Origin: the human T2T-CHM13v2.0 reference genome, Homo sapiens
Assembly (NCBI RefSeq): GCF_009914755.1
Contig: NC_060939.1
Length of the DNA: 64,000 bases
Reading direction: 5' to 3' (one strand)
The notes under the pieces were generated by a model, which searched no databases, had not been told where the DNA came from, and worked only from the letters and a program-made list of their open reading frames with translations. Position 1 is the stretch's first letter; every line of letters begins with the position of its first letter. Positions 1 to 15,480 of this stretch are shown one piece after another. A program made the translations under genes and the position numbers.

Positions 1-1123
1 TCTGTCTGCATTTTGAATTCCCAGGAGGAAGAAGAGCTTACAAGGTTGGCCCTTTTCACTCGTCTTTGAGGACGAGAACAAGGATTCATTCTCTGACCTC
101 AGCTCACATAAGCACACTTTAAGCTCATTGCCTTGCTCTCCTTTCACAGAAAACAAAAACACTTTATCAGCAGCTACCCAGCAGCATGGGAACAAGAAAA
201 CAAAGGGCGTGTTTGAGCAAATATGATGTAAGATGTGTGGGGGGCAGAGGAGCCTGGGAGCGTCTGCACTGCGCCTTTCTCTTAACCATCTCTTGGTGGA
301 TTGGTGTCTCCTTACTCCTTCTACCTTGCCAGAGGAGCTGATGGGAACCATTTGCACACAGAGCCTCCCAAGCCTCCTTCAACTCCTCCTGCAGGAAGCC
401 CTCCTAGATTTCCCCAACACCCTCTCACCCCTGTGGCCCTTGGATACTCAGGTTTGGGCTTTGATGGTCACACATGGCTTGACAGCTGGGGCCGCTTCTG
501 ATTCAGCTCTGTCCTCTGGCCACGAGTACTTACTGTTGGAGCTCAGTACATGTTGGTTGGACCTAAACCTTCTCAAGTTGTCACTATGTGTGTGACACAT
601 AAGTTGAGGAGGACCCTCATTTCCCATGTGAACGCTTCACGGATGAGGATCCGTTTCCCATTTATTTCTGTTACCCTTTCTTCTCACTCAGCCTTCAGCA
701 GCCAGGCCACTGTTGTGTATGAAGTAGGTGCTCAATGAACGCTTTCTTGAAACAGGATAGCATCAAAGTTCACCAGTCTGTCTGCCTGCTTGGGCACAAC
801 TCACTTTACTAGCTATGTGGCCGAGTCACGGTTCCTCTCTGGCCCTCGGTTTTCTGCCCGTATCCTGTGGCTACTGCAAGGAGAAGGTGATATATGAGAA
901 GTGCTTAGTACGTAGTCAGCTCTCATCATTATTACGCATGAGCTCTCATGGATCTTTGGGGGCTCAAGAAGAAAAGGATAACTTGGCAAGATTGAGAGGG
1001 TGACCAGCAGAATGAAAAAACCCTAAACCCAAGTCTGGGGGTCCAGGTTGCGTGCCAACTACTTTCCCTGGGAGACTGGCTGCGGGGCAGGAGGCGGGGG
1101 AAGGTGGGCTCCTTGTTCCTTAC

Positions 1124-1301
1124 GCAGTCCTCAGGATGGAGCTGGCAGACCTGAGCAGGAGCACCTCTGGCATGGTGCCTGGGGGGTGGCTGCAATCTGT
1201 GAGCTTGCCCAGGAGAGAGCCAGAACCTCAGAGAACATGTCACGGAGTCCCCCCGGGAGAGCCACAGCAGCCCCAGAGAGGCCCGGCTCCACCGGACCGC
1301 C
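1124..1301 (-). other. Candidate cassette exon in ACSBG1 intron 1 (frameshifting)
   Basis: Minus strand: ctcac branch-like motif, gctgtatctctgttgcag|GGCG acceptor, TGC|gtaagg donor; 178 nt. Confidence 0.45.
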
Positions 1302-3017
1302 CTGCAACAGAGATACAGCGTGAGTCACCGCTGGCAGCCTGGCTGGGCGAGGGGACAGCTGCCCTCTTTCCTGGCTATGACTCATCTGCTCCTGGGGTGG
1401 GACACCCTGCTGTAATTTATGGCCTCATAAGCCCAAACACCCTCAGAATCAATGGAGAATGCCTCGCAGGAGGTGGCTGCCTTGGGGCTGTGGTCTCCAT
1501 TCCCCACAGCCAACTGATGAGCAAATAAAATCTCCAGGACTCCTGCTTTGCAGAGACTTCTGGCTACCATTCACCAGCCTCCCCATCACTTCTGGTAGTT
1601 CCCACCTCTCTCTGCTCAGCGGGCAAAGCAGAACTGACTCCCCAATGGCTGGAGAATGTTCTCCATGGAAGGTGTTGCCTAACTAGTTCCCCATATCCTA
1701 AAAACCCCAAACAGGGAGAGCAATGCCTCCTCCAAACCCCACAGTGCTAGTCACACAGGCCTGTGCACAGCCTGATGCTCCCAATAGCAACAATATAGTC
1801 TGCAATGGCGATTCACGCTAGCTTCCCCATCACCCTGCGTGGCGGACCCCACGCCCCCTGCTTCTCTTTAGTCTGCATGGACTGCCTCACTTCAAAGATT
1901 GGGCCTCTGGCAGCTCTCTCCTAATTGCCAATTCCCAGCCTGAAGACCCCCATAGAGGACTCACGGTAGAGGGTGTGCCTGGGGGTCTGGCTGCCCCAGG
2001 GTGCTCACCTTCCTCCTTCTTGCACCTGGCAGGCACAGGGCTCAGCAACCCCTCTGCTCCCTCAGCTAAGGCATGCTGAGTATGGGAGCCAGTCGCTGTG
2101 GATGCCCCAGGTTCCGGGTGATGAGGCAGTGGGGTTGGGCATGAGTGGGGACCCGCCCCAGCCTGCCCTAGGGCTGCTGTTGAGGTGTAGCCCCAGATAC
2201 CTCTGACCTATATGGCACGGGACCCAGTTGCCCACCTGTGTGGCTCTTACATAAGAAGGGTGGGCGGCAGGAGAGGCAGTTTTTTGGCCGTCATCCTTGG
2301 CAGAGCCTTGGGAGACAGTTCCTGCCACTGGGTCCCCCAGGGCTGGGCGAGAAGCTCGTCTTTTTGTTTGGTTTGGTTCCTTACTAAGCACATGTACTAT
2401 GCCGAGTGCCTTGTGTTGGCTTCTCCCATTCTCTCCACGGCCCTGCAATGTAGGTTTTATTAGTAGTCGCATTTTCCAAAAGAGGTGATAGAACGCTAGA
2501 CTTGCTCAGTGTTGCCCAGGCAGCAAAAGACAGAGCCAGCATTGTGAACAGGGGTCTCCACGGCCTGCTCTGAAGCCAGGATGCTACGTACACAAGGTTT
2601 ACCCAGTATGTGCATGTCATAAAACTTAGCCAACCATCCCAGCTCCCCCCATTCCCACAGGAGAGCCCCTGTTCCATGGTAACAAATATCCCTGCACCTT
2701 GCGCTGTGCCTTCTAATACCCCCTCCACCCTCTACCTCCTCCTTCACTACAGGGACTAGCCGGTCTGTGGCAGCAGCCAGCCCCCACCAGCATTTTCCTG
2801 CTTCCTGGAGTTTCCTGGGGGCTGTCCCTGGTGATCTGCCCACCTCTCAGCCCCCTCTCCCACTTAGGGAGCTCACACACTCCCTCATCTTTAATTATTA
2901 CCTGCAAGCTACAACTCCCAAATTCCAAATTGCCTCTGGCGTGAGTGAGGTTTGGATGAGGTGAAAAAATGGAGGCAGCCCTAGCTAGTGTTAGGTGGAA
3001 ATTTTAAGCCCTAATTA

Positions 3018-3315
3018 TTATTATTATCTTTTGAGACAAAGTCTCACTCTGTTGCCCAGGCTGGAGTGCAGTGGCCCGATTTTGGCTTATTTCAAACTCC
3101 ACCTCCCAGGTTTAAGTGATTCTCCTGCCTCAGCCTACTGAGTAGCTGGGATTATAGGTGTGCACCACCGTACTTGGCTAATTTTTGTATTTTTAGTAGA
3201 GATGGGGTTTTGGCCATGGTGGCTAGGCTGGTCTTGAACTCCTGACCTCAAGAAATCTGCCTGCCTCAGCTTCCCAAAGTGCTGGGATTATAGGAGTGAG
3301 TCACTGCGCCCAGCC
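3018..3315 (-). mobile_element. Alu
   Basis: Full-length antisense Alu; TSD agccctaatt. Confidence 0.95.
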
Positions 3316-3838
3316 TCAGCCCTAATTTTAAGGCCAAGGAGCAGGGCACAGAGGCAGCAATTGGGACAGGGGTTGTTCAAGGTCCTCCACCTAGTCAGAT
3401 GGCAAACGACTGTCAGATTGTTACCCTAAACTGGTAGGTCAATGCCAGCACTCTTAACTTCAAAAGAATTCTACCCTTCACCAAATTTCAATTACATCTC
3501 AGCAATTCTTGCCTATTGCCACTTCAGGACACCCTAACAGTTTGACTCAAATACTGGTCCTGAGCCTCTGATGCGTTAGGACCCCTTTTGAGAAGCTGCT
3601 GGGAGCCCCCCCATAGACCCCCATCAATGCACTTTGCACCCCAATGCTCTCTTGCTGTTTTTTGTTGTCACAGGACTTCGGAAGCCCATGCTATATTAAC
3701 GACCCCAATCCTAGTGAATCCCAGAAAGGAATTCAGACCTCTCCTTTGTCCTGAAGAGCTAAAGATGAACTTGTTTCTCTTCTCCTCCTCCCTCTTCTGG
3801 TGAGGGCTGAGTCATGATGTTAATGAATGGAATTGTCA

Positions 3839-4429
<591 letters not shown>

Positions 4430-6052
4430 TCAGGAAGGCTTGGGAAATGTGTAATCTACCCTTTCGTCTCCTTACAAAACCCACTAGCTGACCTGCTGTG
4501 GTAGAGCCGCCTATGACACTTTTCAAAGCTCGCCTTCTCTGGGAGGGACCTCAGCCCTCATGCTTCTTCCTGGAGCTGCCCTGGCTGATCTCCTCCCAAG
4601 GCACTCAGCATTTAGAAACTGGGTATTGCTTTTTTAAAAAACATAATGGACTGTCATGAAATAAAAATATGAATTAAGTCCTCATTCCCAAAGTTGGAAT
4701 TGATTTCTTCCTGCCCCAGTGACTGACAGTTCCCTGAGGATCCTCCTTCCTTCTATGAGTATTGATTTAGCACCTCCTCTGTGCCGGATGTTGCATGGGA
4801 CGAGGGGGTATAAAGTGACAAAAATGGACACAGTCCCTGCCTCGAAGATTTAGAGATGATGGGATCGATGAACAAAGATGCATTCTTTGCAGGGTTGCTG
4901 GGCCCAGGCTTGGGGAGGGGGTATAATGATGTTAAAGGAAGAAAGCTGGCAAGGAGTAAAGGTCTGATTATTTCATGCGAGACAGCATGGGAGGCTAGCG
5001 CAGAGGAGAGGACTCAAGGCCAAGGTGATAGGCATGGACTGTGGACCATCCCCAGTCTCGGTTTTCCAGCTCACACGGGTGGGGTTTTGGGCTGAGCAGA
5101 GATCTGCTAGGGACCTATAATCTTTCAGAAAGGGTGAGGGCAGGGGTGGTTTAAGACATATCCCCCTAGAATCCACTAGGAAGAACATATTTGGAGCAGG
5201 CACCCTGGAGCCCTTGACTGACTGAAGCCCCCAGCCCAAGACCCCAAAGGAAGTGTGTTTGCTGAGAGGCCTCAACCCCCAAGGCTCATCTCAGCTCCAC
5301 CTTGGCTCCTGCCTGGGTGGGTGGGGCAGCCCAGCCAGCTCACTTCTTACCCAGTTGGCAGTGCTCATAGTGTCCAACTCTGTCATGCCAAATCCCACAG
5401 CCTGCTGTATACAAATAAATGTGTCAGACATCAAGTTCCACTCCAAAGCCCTAAAGGAGTTGGCAAGCAGCCTGGCCGTACCCAAGACAAAGTTCTCTGG
5501 GCACCAGAACATCTGGCTTCTAGCCCAGGCTCTGTTTCAGTTTTGTGACCTTGGGCAAGTCCCTGGTTCATTCTGGGACTCTGTTTCCTCAGATATCACA
5601 GATAAAGGGCCTTCTCATTTTCTATCTGTGACTGGTCATCTAGGGCTCTGGGCTGGAATTCTGCTGCATCAGGTAGGGACAAGGCTGCAAAGTTGGGTGC
5701 TGCCAGGCCCCCCAGGCCCAAGGATGCAAAAGAAAACCAGACAGGAATAATCACAGTACTAGCTAGTAACTAACACATAACCAGCACTGCGTCTCAGACA
5801 ATGTTTTATGTACCTTACACATGCAATCTTCGTAACAGCCCAATGAGGTACTATTACCACCCTCACTTTACAGATGAGGAAACTGAGATACAGAGAAATT
5901 AGGGAAATTGACAAGGTCCTTTGGTTAGCAGAGTCACAATATATACTTGGGCAAGTGGGTTCCAGAGTTTATGCTCCTAACAAGCCAGCCATACCGAATA
6001 GTCTCAGGCCTGTTGGGTGACTGGGGTGGAGCAGGATAGGGACAAAGAATAG

Positions 6053-6445
<393 letters not shown>

Positions 6446-7324
6446 TAAACCATGCGCATATATTAAATCGTAATCCAGGTGTTTTCATATGTTGTATTGA
6501 TGACAGACACAGAGAACGGCCAGCTGGTGGTTTTGGTTACCACAGGAAGGGCAGTGCGATGCTCAAAGCTGACATAATTTCAGCCCAAAGCAAAGGCTAC
6601 TAGAAAATCACCATCTCCCCATTGCTTGCCATTTTTATCCTAAGTACCGCAAGCGTGACTTTAGGTACTCCTCTCCTAGGAGGGCCTTACTTAACCCATT
6701 TGTAAAATGGGGAAAGGGTGGATGGGACGGCCTGTAAGTCCCAGCTCTCAAGATAGGTAATTCTCTACCTTTCTTCCAGGGAGATGAGAAGAAAGAACAC
6801 TGCCTATTCCTCAGACTCCAGAGGAACTTTATGGGGGTGGGGGTGGGGGTAGGGGTGAAGCTGGGGTGAGGCTTCTGCCAGTGGAGGCATTGTGGGGGCA
6901 TTGTGCTCTGCAGTGGGCTGGTTCTGGCTCACAGACTTGGTCCCTGCCGTGGAGGAGCCCAGGGTTTAAAGAGGAAGATAAAGACACACATACACAGCCT
7001 GTACACGTGAGAGGCAGCTCTGAATGTGGCAGGCAAAGGGGTCAGGCAGTGGGGACACAGAGCAGAAGGAGCCTGGCCTTTTAGGGGAATATTATTTCAC
7101 TTTTTAAAAAGTGACAACTAACATTTGCTGAGCACTTAGTATGTGCCAGGCACTGTTCCAATTGCTTTACACAAATTAATTCATTTGATTATCTCCTATC
7201 AAGTGGGTACTGAATTACAATCCCTATTTTATGGGGAAATGGAAGCATAGAGAGATGAAGTAACTTGCTAAAGGTTATACAGATAGTAATGGGGATGATT
7301 GAGTTTCAAATCGAGGCAATCTGA

Positions 7325-7687
<363 letters not shown>

Positions 7688-7789
7688 TGAGGTCCTTGGC
7701 ACCTCTCCATACAGATCAGCAACACAGGATTTCCTAGGAAGCAATCGACTGGAATTGCTTAGCACAGTGGCTAAGATACTTGGTTATTG

Positions 7790-7948
7790 TGCATGGTGGT
7801 GCACACCTGTGATCCCAGCTACTTGGGAGGCTAAGGCAGGAGAATCGCTTGAACCTGGGAGGGGAGGTTGCAGTGAGCCGAGATTGTGCCACTGCATTCC
7901 AGCCTGGGTGACAGAGTAAGGCTTTGTCTCAAAAAAAAAAAAAAAAAG
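7790..7948 (+). mobile_element. Alu right-arm fragment
   Basis: gcatggtggtgcacacctgt...poly-A. Confidence 0.9.
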
Positions 7949-8223
7949 TGAACTTGAAGACAAAATAGTAGAAACTATTCAATCCAAAGGGTAGAGAGAG
8001 AACTATTTTTAACTTGAACAGCACAAAACATTATTGAATGAAATTAAGGAAGACCTAAATAAATGGAAAGATATCTCATGATCGAGAGACTTAATATTGT
8101 TAAGATGGTAATGCTCTCCAAATTTAACCACAGGTCAACACAATTTTAATCAAAATCTTAGCTGGCTTCTTTGCAGAAATTGACAAGCTAGTCCTAAAAT
8201 TTGTATAAAAATTCAAGAGACCT

Positions 8224-8530
8224 GGCCGGGCGCGGTGGCTAATGCCTGTAATCCCAGCACTTTGGGAGGCTGAGGCAGGCGGATCACAAGGTCAGGAGAT
8301 CAAGACCATCCTGGCTAACATGGTGAAACCCCGTCTCTATTAAAAATACAAAAAATTAGCTGGGCGTGGGGGCGGGCACCTGTAGTCCCAGCTACTCAGA
8401 AGGCTGAGGCAGGAGAATGGCATGAACCTGGAGGCGGAGCTTGCAGTGAGCTGAGATCACACCACTGCACTCCAGAATCTGGGCAACAGAGTGAGACTCC
8501 GTCTCAAAAAACAAACAAACAAACAAAAAA
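8224..8530 (+). mobile_element. AluSc/Y-like
   Basis: Full-length; 17-bp TSD aaaaattcaagagacct. Confidence 0.95.
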
Positions 8531-9572
8531 TTCAAGAGACCTAAAATAGTCAAAACATTCTTGAAAAAGAACAAAGTTGAAGGATTTGCACTTCCTGATT
8601 TCAAAACATTGAAAACCTACAGTAATTAAGACAATGAGGTACTGGCATAAGGACAGATATATAGGTGAATGAAATAGAATTAAGAATTCAGAAATCAACT
8701 CACATTTAAAGTGAACAGATTTTCAAGAAGCCTACCAAGACAATCCAATGGGAAAATATTTGTCTTTTCAACAAATAATGCTGGGATATGTGCCAAAAAT
8801 AAATAAATAAAGTTAGATTCTTTCCTCATATCACACACAAAATTAACTCAAATGTATAAAAGATCTAAACCTAAATGCTAGAACTGTAAAAATATTAAAA
8901 GAAAATATTAATAAATCTTTGTGACCTTGTGTTAGGCAAGTTTTTTTTTAGATAAGGTTAAAAAGCGCACAAACAATAACAAATAAATTGGACTTCATCA
9001 AAATTAAAACCTGATGTGCTTCAAGGGACATCATCAAGAAAGTGAAAAATTAACCCACAGAATGGGAGAAAACATTTGCAAATCATACATGTGATAAGGA
9101 AATTATATCTAGAATATATAAGGAACTCTTACAACTCAATAATAAGAAGACAAATAATCCAGTTAAAACTGAGCAAAGGATTTGAATAGACATTTCTCCA
9201 AAGAAGATATGCAAATGGACAACAAGCACATTAAAAAATGCCTGGCATCATCAGCCACCAGGAAATGCAAATCAAAGTCACAATTAGATAGCACTTCATG
9301 CCTGGTAGGATGGCTATAAATAAGAAAATAAGAACAGTGTTGGCAAGGATGTGGAGAAATTAGAAACCTCCTATACTGCTGGTGGGAATGCAGATACTTT
9401 GGAATACCATCTGGCAGTTCCTCAAAAGGTTATACATAGAGTTACCATATGATCCAGCAATTCCACTCCTTTGTATATACCCAGGAAAATGAAAACAGAT
9501 GTTCACACAAAGACTTGTACATAAATGTTCACAGCAGCACTTTTCATAATAGCCTAAATATTAAAACAACCC

Positions 9573-10560
9573 TGAAGGGGGCCCTGCCCCTCCACACCTC
9601 TGGGTATTTCTCATGAGGAGGGACGAGAGACTGAGAAAAGAAATAAGACACAGAGACAAAGATATAGAGAAAGAACAGTGGGCCCAGGGGACCGGTACAC
9701 TCAGCATGTGAGGACCTGCACCGGCGCCGGTCTCTGAGTTCCCTCAGTATTGATTACTATTTTCACTATCTCGGTAAGGGGAGTGCAGCAGAATGGGGTG
9801 AACAGGGTGATGGTGGGGAGAAGATCAGCAAGGAAACATGCGAGTAACAGAATCCGTGTCATAAATAAGTTCAAGGGAAGGTACTGTGCCCAGACGTGCA
9901 CGTAGGCTAGATTTATGTTTCTCTTTACCCAAACATCTCAGTGTAGCAAAGAGTAACAGAGCAGTATTTCTGCCAGCACATCTCACCTCCAGCCACAGGG
10001 CCGTTTTCTCCTATCTCAGAACAGAACGAATAGTTAGCTTTACACGAGACATTCCATTCCCAGGGACATACGGGAAACAGAGGCCTCAACTGCAAAGGGG
10101 CCTTCCTCTTTTACTAAACCTCCTCAGCACAGACCCCTTACAGGTGTCGGGCTGGGGGACAGTTAGGTCTTTCCCTTCCCATGAGGCCATATCTCAGGCT
10201 GTCTCAGTGGGGGGAAACTTTGGACAATACCCAGGCTTTCTTGGGCAGAGGTCCCTGCGGCTTTCTGCAGTACATCGTGTCCCTGGTTAATAGAGAATGT
10301 AAAATGGCGATGACTTTTACCAAGCATACTGCCTGCAAACATATTGTTAACAAGGCACATCCTGCACAGCCCTAAATCCCTTAAACCTTGATTCAATAAA
10401 GCACATGTTTCTGTGAGCACAGGGTTGGGGCTAAAGTCACAGATTAACAGCATCTCAAAGCAGAAACAATTTTTTCTTTGTACAGATCAAAATGGAGTTT
10501 CTTATGTCTTCCTTTTCTACATAGACACAGTAACAATCTGATCTCTCTCTTTTCCCCACA
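9573..10560 (-). mobile_element. HERV-K(HML-2) solo LTR, older LTR5A/LTR5B type
   Basis: Reverse complement begins TGTGGGGAAAAGAGAGAGATCAGATTGTTACTG and ends CCCCTTCA; 988 bp; perfect 6-bp TSD CAACCC (9567-9572, 10561-10566); inserted in an old L1. Confidence 0.92.
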
Positions 10561-10902
10561 CAACCCAAATGTCCATCAACTGAGGAATGGGTAAACAAAA
10601 TGTGGTATGTTCACATAATGGAATATTATTTGGCCATAAAAAAATGAAGTACTGATACATGCTACAACATGGATGAATCTTGAAAACATTATGTTAAGAG
10701 AAAGAAGCCAGTCACAGTAGATCATATATTGTATTAGTCCACTTAAATGAAATGTCCAGAATAAGCAAATCTATAGAGACAAACAGTAGTAGATTTGTGG
10801 TTTCTTAGGGCTAGGGGGATTGAGGAGAAATAGGAAGTGACTACTAATGGGTATAGGGTTCCTTTTTAAGATAATGAAAATATTCTAAAATTAAGGTTGT
10901 AA

Positions 10903-11178
10903 GGCTGGATGTGGTGGCTGACGCCTGTAATTCCAGCACTTTGGGAGGCTGAAGTGGGAGGATCACTTGAGGGCAGGAGTTCAAGACCAGCTGGGCAACA
11001 TGGTGAAACCCTGTCTCCACAAATAATAAAAAAATTAGCCAGACATGGTGGCAGGTGCCTGCGGTCACAGCTACTTGGGAGGCTGAGGCAGGAAGATCAC
11101 TTGAGCCCAGCCAGTGAGCCAGGTTTATGCAACTTCACTCCAGCCCAGGTGACCAAGCGAGATCCTGTCGCAAAATAA
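10903..11178 (+). mobile_element. AluJ-like
   Basis: Diverged dimeric Alu. Confidence 0.9.
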
Positions 11179-11459
11179 TAACTAGAAAAAGATAATATTT
11201 TAAAAGCAACCAAAGCAGACGTGAGGTGGGATGGGGTGGGGAGGACATATTACATAAAAGGAAACTGATAGAAATGATAACTGACTTTTCCTAAGAAACA
11301 ATGAAGATCAAAAGATACTGTAACAGTACATTTTAAAGTACTAAGTAAATGATCAAGCAAGAATTCTTTTCCAGTAAATATATCCTTGAAAAATAAGGTG
11401 AAAGAATGACATTTTTATTTAAATAGAAGATGGGAGGATTTGTCACCAGGAAACTGCTG

Positions 11460-12905
11460 AGGTGGCTTGAAATCTTACCTGCAAATTCTTTAACACTTGC
11501 CCCATCAATAGGTAGAATCTAATTTCCCTCTCTCAGAATCTGGGCTGGCCTTAGGACTGCCTTCTAACTAACACAACATATGGGAAGTAACCTATATGGC
11601 TTCTAAGGCTAAGTCAAAAAAGCAATGCAGTTGCCACCTGACTCTCTCAGGGCACATGCTTTTTGGATCCCTGACCCACCATGTCAGAAGTCTGGCTATC
11701 TTGAACGCGCGATGTTGGAGAGCATGTGAAGAAGCCACACAGAAATAGAGGCGCTGAACAATGAGAGCACATGGACATAGGGAGGGGCCTGTTGGGGGGT
11801 GGGGTGGGGGGAGAAAAACCATCAGGAAAAATAGCTAATGCACGCTGGGCTTAATACCTAGGTGATGGTTTGATAGGTACAGCAAACCACCATGGCACAC
11901 ATTTACCTATGTAACAAACCTGCACATCCTGCACATGTACCACAAAACCAAAAATGAAAATAAATTAAAAAAATAGAGACACGAAGGGCCCAGCTATTCC
12001 AAATCCTAGCTTAATGAGTCTATTTCAGGCACCAGATGTGATAAAGAAGACTTTGACAAGTCCCTAGCCTCAGCCACCAGCTGCCACGTCACAGACACTC
12101 AAATAGCTTATGGAGAGGCCCACTGGTAAAGAACTAAGGTCTCTGGCCAACAGCCAGTGTGGTAAGTTGAAAATGTCCCTCACAAGTTATCCACGTAGTG
12201 TTACCATGTGACCCAGCAAATGGAAAGCTGTTAAAATTAGCTTATATGGCAAAAACTTGGAAGAGATTTGAAGATATAATTAAATGAAGGATCTTGAGAC
12301 TGAAAGATTATCTTGTATTATCCAGTTGGGCTCTAAATTCAATCACATGTATTCTTACAAGTGGGAGCAGAGAGAGATTTGACATGCACAGAAGAGAAAC
12401 AACGTGACCACAGAGGCAGAGATGGGAGTGATGCAACTACAAGACAAGGGTGGAATGCTGGAGCACCAGGAGCTGGAAGAGGCAGGGAACAGATTCTGTC
12501 CTAGAGCCCCTGGAGGAAGAGCAGTCCTCCTGACACCTTGACTTTAGCCCACCGAAACCAATTTTGAACTTCTGTCTTCCAGAACTGGGGAAGAATAAAT
12601 ATCTGTTGTCTTAAGCCACCAAGTTTGTGGTAATTGTTACAGTGCAATGGAAAACTCACACATCCGGTGAGAAACAGGCTTGTCAACAACTTCATGAGTG
12701 AGGTTGAAAGCAGGTCTTCCCACTCCAGATGGCTGTTACCCTGGCTGACATCTGGACTGAAACATCCTGAGCCAGAACCACTCAGCTAAGTTGCTCCTGA
12801 ATAACTGACCAATGGAAACCATGAGCAACAATAAGTGACTGTTATTGATTTAATGCACTACATTTTTGAATGATTTGTTAAGCAGCAATAGATAACTAGA
12901 ACACC
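11460..12905 (+). mobile_element. Nested MaLR LTRs (MLT1F/G-like host containing an MLT1D-like element at ~12160-12660)
   Basis: MLT1 hallmarks (ctagagcccctggaggaa, aataaatatctgttgtcttaagccacc, gcagcaatagataactagaaca). Confidence 0.65.
11751..11975 (+). mobile_element. 5'-truncated L1PA 3' end
   Basis: aatacctaggtgatgg...gtaacaaacctgcacatcctgcacatgtac plus A-rich tail; flanked by aaatagag duplication. Confidence 0.85.
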
Positions 12906-12943
12906 TTCACTACAAAAAATGCTGTAGAAATTTATTCAAGCTG

Positions 12944-13363
<420 letters not shown>

Positions 13364-13621
13364 TCAACATTACATTTGGAGATCCTAAAAGATGCAATAA
13401 GGCAAGAATTAAAAGGGAAAATGACTGGAAAGGAAGAAGTAAAACTTTTTATTAATAGCTACCAAAATTTTGAACATAAAAGTCTTAGGGGATCTACAAA
13501 AAAGTGTTGGAATTAATAAATAAATTTAGTAAGGTTGCAGGATATATGGTCAATATTAAAAAATCAATTATATTTATACTAACAGCAACTGACTAGAAAA
13601 TTAAATTTAAAATACAGTTTT

Positions 13622-13965
<344 letters not shown>

Positions 13966-15293
13966 ATTACAGTTTTCATAGCAACAAAAACATAAAATTT
14001 CTAGAAATGTTTAAGAAAAAATCTGCAAGATACCTACACTGAAAGGTATAAAACATGGTTGAGACAAATCAAAGACCTCAATTAATGGAAATGCATACCA
14101 TGTTCATGGATCAGATGATTCACCCAATTTGAAATATAGAGTCAATTTATTCCCAGTCAAATTTCAAACAGTCTTTTTTTAATCAACTGACAAGATGATT
14201 CTACATTTTACACAGAAGTACAAAGGATCTAGTATATTAGGAATCTATTATTATGTAACAAATATCCCAAAATGTAGTGGCTTAAAAAAAACAAACACTA
14301 TCTCACAATTTCTATGGGTTAGGAATCTAGGCATGGGCTAGCTCTGGCTCAAAGTGTCTCATAGGGTTACTGTCAAACTGTCAACCAGGGCTGCAGTCTT
14401 CATATGAAGGCTCAGTGGAGGAGAATGAGCTTCCAAAAGCTGACTCATGTGATTGTTGGCAGGATTCAGTTCTTTGTAGGTTGTTGTCAATTCCTCCCTG
14501 AATGTTAGCTAGAGGTGTCCCTCAGGTCCTTACCACATGGGTCTGTCTTAGTGTGAGCAAGAAAGAAAATGAAAGAGAGCAATCAAAATGAAAGACACGG
14601 TATTTTTGTCGTCTAATCTCTGAAGTGAAATCCCATCACTTTTTGTAATTATACACTTTTAGTTATTTCAAAATGTACAATTAAATTGTTATTGACTACA
14701 GGGTTATTTTTATGGTCATAATAAAACTTATATAGAAATAAAAAAAAGAAATCCCACCACTTTTGCCATATTCTATGTTAGAAATGAATCACTAGATCCA
14801 GCCCACGTTCTAGGGTAGATGATTACACAAGAATCCAAAAGGCAAGAATATCAGAGGGCAAGAATCACTGAGCAATATCTTAGAGGCTGCATACTGCACC
14901 TAGCATAGACAAAACAATCTTGTAGGGGGAAATAATTCATGAAGTTAAAGGACCAACACTACCTGATTTCAAGATTTAGTATAAGGCTGTAGTAGTGGGC
15001 CAGGTGTAGTGGCTCCAGCCTGTTCATCCCAGCACTTTGGAAGGCCAAGGTGGGAAGATCGCTTCAGGCCAGGAGTTCAAGGCCAGCCTGGGCAATGTAG
15101 CAAGACTCCATCTCTACAAAAAAAAAAAAAACTTTTAAAAAGCTATAGAATGAAGACAGCATGATATTATATAAAGAAAGAGAAATAATTGCTCAATGGA
15201 AGAAAATCAAGAAATAGGCTGACACAAATGTGGTAAATTTTTGATAAAGGAGCCAAGCAATTTAATGTAGGAAATAGTAGAACACATAGAAAA

Positions 15294-15357
15294 ATATATA
15301 TATATATATATAATATATATAATATATATATATATAATATATATAATATATATATAT
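15294..15357. repeat. (TA)n microsatellite
   Basis: Directly visible. Confidence 0.97.
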
Positions 15358-15480
15358 GACCTTGAAATAGCAAAGATTTCTTAGAGAGGGCACAATAGCA
15401 CTAACCATAGAAGAAAAAAACTAGGTAAATTGGGCTTCATTAAATAAAAAAAAAATTTGCTCATCAAAAGACACACCATT

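Larger units (their letters stand above)
7950..10890 (+). mobile_element. Old L1 (L1MB-like) ORF2 3' part and 3'UTR, interrupted by an Alu and the LTR5
   Basis: A-rich L1 ORF2-like motifs (gacctaaataaatggaaaga, gatccagcaattccactcct, aaatgtccatcaactga) and L1MB-type 3'UTR. Confidence 0.85.

Noticed and set aside
528-534. Minus-strand ACA|gtaagt donor-like site
   Set aside because: No convincing partner acceptor or coding match to ACSBG1 found
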